64,000 nucleotides of DNA from Paraphysomonas bandaiensis (taxonomy: Eukaryota > Protista > Chrysophyceae): positions 372,001 through 436,000 of the forward strand of contig CBFFRP010000298.1 of NCBI GenBank assembly GCA_965644295.1, in the 5' to 3' direction. The position numbers and the translations under genes were made by a program. Numbering within the stretch: position 1 is the stretch's first letter; each line of letters begins with the position of its first letter. Under the pieces are notes generated by a model. That model was not told the DNA's origin and made no database searches. It saw only the letters and a program-made list of their open reading frames with translations. This document shows positions 36,894 through 47,505 of this stretch, one piece after another.

Positions 36894-37408
36894 GATATAT
36901 CTGAGTAACTATAGAGGTTTATTTAACATTAATATAAATGGGGAATATAGTGACGGGGTTGCTCGATGAATGTGAATGTCATACAGTATATATATATATA
37001 TATCTTAAAGACTTATCTCCCCATATATATATACATATATAACTCTAAACGACTACTCGCATACCCAAATCATCCAACAACAGGCAGTGTGTATAGGGGC
37101 GTTCGTGGTTTGCAAAAAACCTCCAGTTTTTTTCAGATGCGTCCGAACTCTCTCACTTTTTCTACAGTTTTTTTCCAAGGCGTCCGGACCGCACAACTTT
37201 TCTGTAAAATGTGGAAGGTACCGTACTCAAGCCCGCACCATAATGGTGTGGAACTATATAAGTGGTGATGATGAGTGACCAGTGGTATGTATGGTGTTGC
37301 TGGTGAGTAATAGATCCAGGGAGGTGGGTGTTGAAGGAGGAGCTCTCTCATCACAGCATGGTATCATACATACAGAACATAATAACAGCGAGAACATATC
37401 ATAGTAGC

Positions 37409-39668
37409 ATGGAATCAACTACCACGGAATCAACTACCACGGAATCAACTACCACGGAATCAACTACCACGGAATCAACTACCACGGAATCAACTACCAC
37501 AGGGGGCATTAGAAAAGTCGGTGATGGGGAAACCAAAAATCGTAACTCCTCTGCGTTAGCTCAGTTTGCGAAGTACTTGGAGATGCGGTTCGACGGGAAG
37601 AAGAGGTATAAGGAACTCATAGACAGTGATATAAATGTAGAACTATTTCAATGTTTCGGTGGCTTTTTGATCGATCACGCCGTCCATGGAACAACGAAGA
37701 AGCCTTTGACCCTAGGTACTGCTTGGCAGTATTTGTCAGACACGAAGACTGCGCTGACGAAGCGATTTAAAAGAAATGAGTTATTAAGCAGCTCCAATGA
37801 GCTGTGGTACAAAGATGTGAGAGCGGCAGTATCAAAGCATATTATCAAGCGGTGTATCGCACAAGGAGTGCGTATATCAGAGAAAACAAGTCCAGTGGGG
37901 AAAGAACTAATGAAGCGCATAGGTGAATACATTATACATCGGGCATCTGATTTCTCCGGTAAGTGGACATACTTCACATATCTATGATTTACTGTATGCT
38001 AATAAACTTTATTTAGAAGTGAAGAAGTATTCATTGTACAATCTCTATTTGGTTTTCACGTTTGCTGCTGTTGGTCGGGTGTCTGAAGCAATGTTTGCTT
38101 CGTATAATAATGCAATGTGGCACTGCGATGGATACTTAACGTTTGATTGGACAGAATTGAAGGTGGCTTCTATCAAAACAATGAACTTTTTTCCCGACTA
38201 CTCTTGTCTAGAGACTTGTGTTTTCTTCGCTTATTCAATGTACTGGATGTCCTGTACTGCAGCAGATCTCAACGGTGACTTCGTCTTTCCAGATCTAGCA
38301 TTGACTACATCAAGCGCTAGTCAATTTGTTTCTAAGCTACTAAAACAAATGATCGGGAAGGTACCTGGAGTTACAAAGGAAACAACAGGCAAGGGTCTTA
38401 GAGTCGGGGCTGCAACTGACATAGCCAGTAGTCAGTCAGGCGGCATCTTCCATGCGATTATGCGTGGAGGATGGGACTTCTCCGGAGAGTGCAGCATTTT
38501 TGAGTATATCATGGGACTAGATGTCACTATTGCTGTGGGTGGAAAAATTTTAAGTGGCTACTCTAATCCCAGGAATAAGATATATCCACCCGAGTGTGTA
38601 TTTATCAACAATGGAAACCGAGAACAAGTGATGGCGTTAATCGAAACATGTTATCCACTCACTTACCCAGAATTTGGGGTTGATGGCTGTCTATTTCAAT
38701 TTAAACTCTCTGTGTTTGCTACATTCCTTATGAGGTTACCATCATTTGTTTCTAAATACACGGCACAACATGCAGTGGTTTGTAAATTCAAGCACAACAT
38801 GATGCGCCACCATTTCACTTGGAATGACATAATGCAATGGAGTGCTGCGATTGAGGAGGAATGGCTTCGCCTTAATTTTGTAGACACAAGAAATGTAGAC
38901 GAAATTTACCAGGAGAATCGCATTCTTCGAGACCAAATACAACAGCTTCATAGAAAGTGTGACACCCAAACTATTGCAATAGCTGATCTGCACAAGAAAT
39001 TAGACACTGCTGTGGCTGATATTCTAGAAGGCTTGAAAAATATTCCAACGGATACCACTATACCAACTTCAGAGACTGTATCACGGATACCTACATCGCC
39101 TACAGTCTTGCCTCCGATTACTGAAGGACCTTCCAAAGGTCCATCCACTACTACGACAAATGTTTTTCAATACATGAGAGTTAACATGCAGCGCATGCCC
39201 CATATATCCTTCATTCAATATAAAACTCTCGAAAAATTATGCTTATCAACAGTTATTATTGACTATTTTGATTATGAATTACATGAAATTGTAGGAAAGA
39301 GATACCCTATGGTAGACAACGTCAACAAACAGAAAAAACTAAATCGAGTATTGACTAAAGGACTCGGCCTATTGTACGATGACGAGAAACGTTTTCTTGA
39401 TGAGCCGAAACCCTGTATGGCAAGTCAGTCTACTTCGTACAGAGAATGGAAGAGTAATTTAAAATGCATAGCTGAAAAGGTTGAATTGCGTGTTATTGTT
39501 GATTTATTTGGTCAGGAAAATTACGACAAGTTTCACCCCAAAAAAAAAGCCTCTAAGAAATACATAAACAGTATATATGATGCAATGAGTGCACGAAGGG
39601 ACAGTGATGGTAACATTATTCCAAGGACAAAGAAAAGGAAACTTCAGTCTGATGTTAGTAATCTGTAG
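37409..39668 (+). CDS. Tyrosine recombinase (Crypton-type), 2 exons, ~733 aa
   Basis: Intron 37959-38016 (gtaagt..ctaat..tag) restores the frame. SAM-like/core-binding region (FGGFL..GTAWQYLS); box I GRVSE; K in ELKVA; box II TGKGLRVGAA; RGGW...IFEY catalytic Tyr; coiled coil; C-terminal KKRK. Alternative start at 37358. Confidence 0.85.
37411..37500 (+). repeat. 15-bp coding tandem repeat x6 (GGAATCAACTACCAC, encodes ESTTT)
   Basis: Six perfect copies read directly. Confidence 0.95.
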
Positions 39669-40580
39669 AATGCCAATATATGTATTCATTTATAACCACT
39701 CCATCAACTTTTTATAATGTACCCTTATAATTAATGATTCATTAGTAATTGGAATACATCGTATCATTATTTACAGAGCATACAACAGTATAATCAACCA
39801 TTACAGCGTTCAGCATTTTATTATTCGACACAGTCTGATGTTAGTAATCTGTAGAATGCCTATATGTATTCATTTATAACCACTCCATCAACTTTTTATA
39901 ATGTACCCTTATAATTAATGATTCATTAGTAATTGGAATACATCGTATCATTATTTACAGAGCATACAACAGTATAATCAACCATTACAGCGTGCAGCAT
40001 TTTATTATTCGACACAGTCTGATGTTAGTAATCTGTAGAATGCCTATATGTATTCATTTATAACCACTCCATCAACTTTTTATACTGTACCCTTATAATT
40101 AATGATTCATTAGTAATTGGAATACATCGTATCATTATTTACAGAGCATACAACAGTATAATCAACCATCACAGCGTTCAGCATTTTATTATTCCACACC
40201 GTTCAGAATTCTTATCACATACAGCCATACTGCATACCCTTACACAACATGACACATATTCACTGCAAGATGGAACAGGGGCAGCCGGGCGCTTGTGTCG
40301 CTTAGGCATCCCTCTTGCACCGGTAAGTATAAACGTCATTGCGCCTACAACAGCATAATAAACCATCACAGCCTTCAGCATTTTATTATTCCACACCGTT
40401 CAGAATTCTTATCACATACAGCCATACTGCATACCCTTACACAACATGACACATATTCACTGCAAGATGGTACAGGGGCAGCCGGGCGCTTGTGTCGCTT
40501 AGGCATCCCTCTTGCACCGGTAAGTATAAACGTCATTGCGCCTACAACAGCATAATAAACCATGACAACATTCAGCATCT
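39645..40580. repeat. Composite tandem array: unit A (~184 bp) x3 + unit B (197 bp) x2, sharing a ~51-bp motif
   Basis: Unit A starts at 39645, 39831 and 40015. The shared motif TACAACAGYATAATMAACCATYACAGC..CAGCATTTTATTATTCSACAC lies at 39781, 39965, 40149, 40346 and 40543 (last copy degenerate). Confidence 0.9.
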
Positions 40581-41175
40581 CATATACCATCACACAACAT
40601 AGTGCATGCATGATATACAGCCTTCTATTCCTTCAAATGTACCACTTCTCATCTCTCTGCATACCTGACACTTTAAATAGGATGATGGGAGCATGATGCT
40701 CCCACCTGGAATTCAATCATTGATATCCATATCATATCACTTCATACCATAATATACAGCCCTTCACAGTTCCTCTCCATACAGCCTTATAAACCTCGTC
40801 CAGTAACTGCATATCTCATCTCACAGTTTCATGAAATAAGATGGTAGCAACATGTTATCACCTATCATTCAAGCACTCATTAACGTGTATCTGCTGCATA
40901 TGGCTGCCTCGTCATATTACTATATACATATACTCGATGCATGTGATATGATGCACTATGCTATGATGCACTCTGCTGATTGGATCACTCGATGGGCGCA
41001 CTTGCTGTGCGGCCTTTGTGTAAAAACAAGGGTGCGGGATCCCGCACCTGCGGTGCGGGCTAAATAATTTTTCTTGCAAAGCGACTTGTTATAGACGTAC
41101 TCAAGTACTTCGTACTGTATCTGATGTATATCTACCTATACATTGGTACACACCAGTCCAGTATATGGCACACTC

Positions 41176-41316
41176 TCGCATCGTATTTTTGTTCAGAGAT
41201 GCCTCTAATATTGAGACAATAATTATCTGTATTTCAACCGTATTAGTATTGCAGTTATATAGAGTAAATTTACTTCAATTTATTTCCGAAAAATAAGATG
41301 CTGACTGCCGATACGA
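41176..41316 (+). mobile_element. MITE family copy 2 (left end degenerate)
   Basis: Aligns with 23075-23208 and ends TGCCGATACGA. Confidence 0.65.
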
Positions 41317-41429
41317 TACTATACGAACATATGCATGAATAGATCTAACCTGCACTTATATATACACAGTACCGAGAGAACCATTCTACTATAAACAACA
41401 CATATATCAAACATATCAATAGGAGTTTC

Positions 41430-44400
41430 ATGATGCTTACATTAATAGTATTCATTGCATCTATCTATCTACACAATGCACAAGATATACAACGAGCATA
41501 TAGTTTATATCATGATGATCATTATATGTCACGTTTAGATGATGAAATTAGAAAATGTAATGATAACTTTGAGTATAGAAGTAGTCATGTAAAGGAATGC
41601 ACTCTTGCTGAATACATACAAGAAGTATCTAAACCACCACAGCGCTCATTATCACTCTCTCAGAAGCCTATACCTGATATTGTGACATCAGATGATTCAT
41701 ATGCATCTCTATTTGAACAAAAAATAGTAAATAAAATGTAAGATTTATTGTGTTTATTTGTTTATATAAAGTGATGTGTTCAGGCCGTTTAAGGGAACAA
41801 TGACCTCGGCGCTTTCAATTTCCATCGAAGAATGTGCGCAAGCAGAGAGAATGGCAGCCCACCCTATTACCAGTGACTACCCTCTCCATAGCTGCTATGA
41901 TTCGGTGGGTATGATTTGGTTGTCATTGCAGTTGATTTTGTGAAGTGTTGTTATGTTATTATGTGCATACTCTTACATTTGAAATGCTTGTCTGACAGGG
42001 GACTGGAGCTGCCCTACATGTTCCTCCGATTGCATACAACAATTACGCCATCCGTCTCCAGTCAACTGGCAATACTAGTAATGAGGCCATGATTGACCTG
42101 GCACATCACTGGCCTACTATTGTTCAGCTGGATCACACTCAGCCCCGAGTGGCGGAGAAATGTCCCCTGAATATGCATACCGTTGTATGGGGTGCCAGCG
42201 ATGAACTCACTGTACGTGTATTCCGAGACTCATCTGGACATTCCCTCGGTCAAACCCTCGGAAATCCGATCCTGCATTATCCATCTTTTACGGAGCATGG
42301 TTATGGGGAAAAAATGAAGGGATATGCGGAGACCACTCTTGTACCTGGCGAGTATCTCTTCGTTCCACATGATCAGATCCTAAGCGTAAAAGCTACAGAG
42401 CGATCTCAGCACGACCTTCCAACCTTCATGCGTATGTGCTTTTTTGATGCGAGCAATGTGAACAGTGTGCGAGCCGCTTTACACACGGAGACTATGGTTT
42501 CCACTGAGGCCAAAAGCACACTGCGCACCCTCAGTAGCCCCACCTTCTTTGACTTCAGCATGACGAGGGATCCTCCCAAGGAGACACCGGTGAATGTGTT
42601 TCGTACATTCCCAAGACCTCAGACAGAGTCAGCTGAAGGCGGTGAAGAGGGAGGATCTAGGAGGCGAGGAAGGGGTAATGATTTTAGAGGTACGTAAACT
42701 CCACATCTATGGCCGGTATTGACAGCGTTACACACAGCTTGGCAGGAGGGGGCTCGCTGGAATTACATGATTACCTCCCTTACGATTCCCCAGCCACCTG
42801 TGCCTACTATAACAGATGTCGGTCGCAACAATATATCACTGACCTGGTTAAGCCCATATCTCCCAAGTGATGAGGATAAAACAAAGTTTGGTGTAAATAT
42901 ATCAGTATGTGACTCGAAGCTACTGGCTTCCGCCTCTGCTGATGGTAAACTATCATCTCTGAGTGCGAGCGAGGATGCATCTTTAGCAGGTTGTGTTGTA
43001 ATCTCCAGAGAGAGGTCTGAGTTGATAGAGCGTGTGGATGAAAAGGCTTCCGCCGCCTCGGAGAGTCCTGTGGTATCTTTTTCCACAGCAATAACAGGAC
43101 TAGTACCAGACTCGTCCTATATGCTGAGGTTCGTAATCGCTGCCTCAATAGAAAAACGTTATAATATATGTCTTCTAGGGTAATGATTTTCTACGGCGAT
43201 GCTGGAAGCCACCCTTCTCTATGGACCCGCACTATCACGACGGCCCCCGAGACCCCTCCTTACCCGGTACGAGATCCTGTTTCAGCAGTACCAGCGAAGG
43301 TCCCCACACACGCAGTTCTCTCGTTCTTCAAACCGATTGACAACGGCGGGCTTCCTATTCTAGGGTATGTGTGTTCATTAGAATTTATGGAATGTTCCGT
43401 ATTTTTCATTGCACCAACTTAATTCGTATGGTATGCCAGGTACCATGTTTACTCCCGGATGGTAAATAAGCATCACCATCACTCGCTATGGGTATGGAAT
43501 GGGCTTTACGAGGGCACGTCAGACACAAAGGGGGTGAGTACTACAACTGTGCTGTTTCCTATTCATCTCCTAATGTACTACTACTAGAACACGTCCGTAG
43601 AGGTGAAAAATCTCGTCCCACACACAACGTATGAGTTCCGTGTTGCAAGCTTCAACGAGTTAGGCAACTCTACCATATCTGATGTCTCAAACGCCATCAC
43701 CACGGAAAACGAGGTCTGTGAATTTGTGCAGCACCGATATTTCGTAACGTAGGTGTGTTTTTGCAGAAAAGTGGGACTGCTGTCGTGGGTGGCATTAACC
43801 ATGAGGTATTCGCGCTTGTTACCATTTTGCTATGTACAATATTATCTGATTGTGACTATGTAGAGCCGTTTCAATTCGGGTATCTTTACTGAAACGCTTA
43901 AAATGAGCGGCAAGGACGTGAATTCGCTTACATTCCAGCGGCTACTTGCAAATCAACCCATTCCTCAGCCGGCTAGTTCCGCCCCTTTTGCTATTGTTAC
44001 CATTAATGATGAAGCACAAACCCTGTCAGTGTACGACAAAGAAGCCGATAAGGTTATAATTTGCTTTTGTCATTTATCACTGGTTATATTGCCCCTTGTT
44101 TCGCGAAATGTCTCGTGTGTTTGTATTTTTCATTTACATTTTGTGTTATGTAGGATGTTGTATTCGAAGTGTGGGATTCTCACTGGAGTCCAAAGCTTTT
44201 CTTGGTTCACGGTCAGGCAGTTTGGACCGACCCTCCTCTAGCCGACAAACACGTTGTTGCCTCCGTCCCTTTCACGGACAGCAGGCACTCTCACGATTCC
44301 CATATGGCTGGAAAAATAGCCGTCGTACAGCGTGGCCATGTTCCAATCGTAAAGAAGGCCATGTACGCTCAGGTATGGTGTAAATGATGTATCATCAAAG

Positions 44401-44760
44401 TGTCGCCCTAATTATTTGAATTTCTGTTTTTTATGTAGAGGGCTGGTGCTATTGCAGTAATTGTTCTTGATGATGGGCAGTGTGAGGCCTTTGACCAACG
44501 ATGCATGCCGGGATCTGACAAAAAGCACGGCGAGAGGTTCGCCTCTGAGGATGTACCAGGAACTTGGTAGGAATTGCAGTTGTATTCAACTTAAATAAGT
44601 TAATTGATTGTTTGATATTAACAGGAAAAAGATCAAAGTCCCTGTGGTTCTCATGCATGGTCGTGACACCAGCGATTTCTTGCGCCTCACGGGACTACCT
44701 TCGTATGAAACAATGGCAGCGGCTCATCAAGCAGAAGTTAATACTGAGGCTGAATTGTAG
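41430..44760 (+). CDS. Secreted/ER protein with cupin-like region, fibronectin type III domains and C-terminal PA domain, multi-exon
   Basis: Signal peptide; LVPGEYLFVPH; FN3 motifs NISLTWLSP..GLVPDSSY, PIDNGGLPILG, NLVPHTTYEFRVASFNELG; PA motifs GKIAVVQRGHVPIVKKAMYAQ..AGAIAVIV..IKVPVVLM; ends TEAEL*. Confidence 0.75.
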
Positions 44761-45259
44761 AGTGATGTGTGCGTTGAAGAATTATGTTCTTGTACTTGTA
44801 GTACGACATCTCTGTAATAATAAGAATCATCAGTAGGCACATCATAATTTTAGCTGTTTAGTGATGTCCTTCGATGTGATATAGTATGTACGTATCTACC
44901 AGGTACAATGAAATAGACACGAGATGTGAATACTATTACCATCACATCTCTTCCACACACACCCTATGCCTCAGCCTGTACCCCCCTGCACTAACACAAA
45001 CACCAAGAGCAGCTGAGGACATCCGAGTCTTTCCTCGATGACACAATGCCTAAGGGAAGCTCGCCACTCAGAAGGGTATATTGCTGCTTCCCCTGGTTGT
45101 CATGAGGCACATAAGGCAGTCTCAGATGCAAATTGCACAAGTAGTCTTAAGCGTTCCAGTGTGGTAGTAGTTGACTTAGATCACTGCTTTCACTTGTCAG
45201 GCTGTACGCTGTACAACGTCCCTACATACACACCTATCATATAGTGAGAATGGTAGAAT

Positions 45260-46021
45260 GGTCGCACCTAGGTGCTTGCGGCGACGCACAAGCAAATCAC
45301 GTAACGTTAAATAGTAGAATATAAGAGTTTACACTAGCTACTAAATGGTAGATGCTTATCTAGCTTGACTAATTTGTCCATCTAGCTACTAAGCTGGTGC
45401 AGATTTTTAACGCCTATTGCGAATAATAAGACTTGCAAATTATTGTAAATACTACTAAATGAACTCTATTGTATAGCTACATAACCCATAGCTTCTTTTA
45501 TTGATGTTTCTACTTGTATGTGAATAGTGCCCCACGGCGGCCCGTTGTCATGTACTGATACCCATGTTGAATGCTGTTTGCAGTCCCTTGATTTAGTTCA
45601 GTTATGTTACAGGGAATCATTTGACTTTCTTGTTGAAGTGTGCTTGGAAGTGCCAATTTTTCTAACCGCTACAACATAACTGAACAAAATGGAGGAACTA
45701 CAAATAGCATTCAACATGGGTAACGGTACAGTTGTGCTGAAGAGGAAGTTGCAGTCCCTGTAGAAGAAATCTCCGACATATCATATGAAGTGCCTAAATC
45801 TAGTGGGTGTGCCTCTGTTATTCCATAGGAATTGCTTCATATATTGAAAGTCTTTTATTTAGCAATAGGCGTTAAAAACCTGCACCGATTTAGTAGCTAG
45901 ATGAATGCTAGACATACTAGTTAGACCTCTACCTGTAACTAATTAGTACAAACTCTATTATCCTACTATTTAACGCTACGAAAATCTGCTTGTGCGTCGC
46001 CGCAAGCACCAAGGTGCAACC
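45260..46021. mobile_element. Foldback/non-autonomous DNA element with ~175-bp imperfect TIRs
   Basis: GGTCGCACCTAGGTGCTTGCGGCGACGCACAAGCA at 45260 matches the reverse complement of the right end (2 mismatches in 35 bp). Homology continues to ~45435/45848. No TSD found. Confidence 0.8.
45555..45726. mobile_element. TA-flanked MITE (~55-bp TIRs) nested within the foldback element
   Basis: TA|CTGATACCCATGTTGAATGCTGTTTGCAGT...ACTACAAATAGCATTCAACATGGGTAACGG|TA. Confidence 0.7.
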
Positions 46022-47505
46022 ACTTCCGTTCTGAGTTCTTAAGGTGAACATCCCGGATGCTTGACTTCAGCAGGCAGCCCAATACCCCGGTTACCCTTCA
46101 GGTGGGCCCTGTCCAGGATGCCCTTGAGGTGGGCCCATTTCCGGATGCCTGTTTATTCGTCAGGGCCCAAAGACGTCTACACAAGTGACACTTATTGGTG
46201 TCCCTTGTACCACACAAGCATTCGGCTATGAGTGGGCAGAAGAATATCTGCTGACTATGTTTGCGGCTCACGTTAGTTTCCCAGAGAGAATCTCTCCGGT
46301 ACTTATTCCCCAGAACACCACGAAAAGGTGCGAGTCCGACTTTGTTGAGGGGGAATTGCTTCAAGTTGAAATCAAAATTAAAATTGCAACGGTCCTGGGG
46401 TACTATTGACACATGTCTTATGACTGTAGTAAGGCTAAATCAATGTATTGTACGAATTTCTGGAATAGCAGACACATTCACTAGATTTAGATTCAGTATA
46501 TGGTATGCCCGAGATTTCCTCTGCTGGGCTGCAACTTTCTCGTTAATGCAGACTAAAATATCATGATGTTTTAGTGTTACTCCCCCGGAGTGTCGTGAGA
46601 CAAGAGTAAGAGCTGAGATTAAAAGTTAAGAATACAATATGCTTATATTGTGCTATCACAACACTTGAGAACTTTACTTTCTAGCGTGTATGAATTCAAT
46701 CCAATCAGGATTGAGTTGTCCATAGCTCCACTTGATTTGTGAGTGTTGTGATAGCAGTTCATTAGCGTGTATTATATTCTCGACTTCTAACTCTAGATTC
46801 CTGTGTTTATATAGAGTATTGTGGTGATGATGGATGGTGTATCCCAGTTGCATCAGGTGCTCTCTCACACCGTTGGATTGATATGGTGGATATCTAGATA
46901 TCGCACTATCGTAGATATCCGGAGATACAATATATCTAGATATCCATATACTGTAGATATATAGGCATTGAAATGACTTTATTTCACAACCAAGTTATAA
47001 AAAGTCCAGTATATATCGAAATATCCCTTATATTTATACAACACATCATGAAAAAAACTGTCCAATTAGTTTTTTGCTTGTCCACTTGTCCATCTACCAT
47101 CTACCATAGTGGTCTGTACACTGCTGTACATAGCCATCAATAACAAATCGATATTTTCCTAATTTCTAGATTTTTAATCTATATTTCCACTAAAATACAA
47201 TATATATTAGGATTTTATATAATACTTATATCGTATGAATAGAAAAGCGTGCTGCTACTACGCTATATATAGAGCTCACTTGAACACTTGATGGGATACA
47301 GATCACTGGCTACTGGTATATCACCCATCTATATATCCCATAAAAGAAAGTATAGAATCTCTAGACTTCATATATTGAAGTCACACTTCTATTTATCATA
47401 TGGATGATACACACACATACATACATACATATACATACATATATATATGGATGATACATACATACATATATATGTGGAGTAAAGTAATAGGAATCTATTG
47501 AGTAT

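Larger units (their letters stand above)
37092..41094 (+). mobile_element. Crypton-like tyrosine-recombinase DNA transposon (proposed boundaries)
   Basis: YR gene with no RT. TATAG direct repeats at 37092-37096 and 41090-41094. Subterminal inverted motifs TTTGCAA/TTGCAAA, CCGCACA/TGTGCGG and GCCCGCACC/GGTGCGGGC. Confidence 0.65.

Noticed and set aside
40320-40332. ATACTTACC on the minus strand resembling the U1 snRNA 5' end
   Set aside because: The downstream sequence lacks U1 stem-loop motifs (GAUCACGAAG, AUUGCAC) and an Sm site. It is simply the complement of a GGTAAGTAT donor-like sequence.
39645-40580. CRISPR array interpretation
   Set aside because: Eukaryotic context, no cas genes, 184-197 bp periods and duplicated rather than unique spacers.
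46890-46960. Repeated TCTAGATATC motif (also ~11805)
   Set aside because: Short, AT-rich and low-complexity; too few instances to support a regulatory call.
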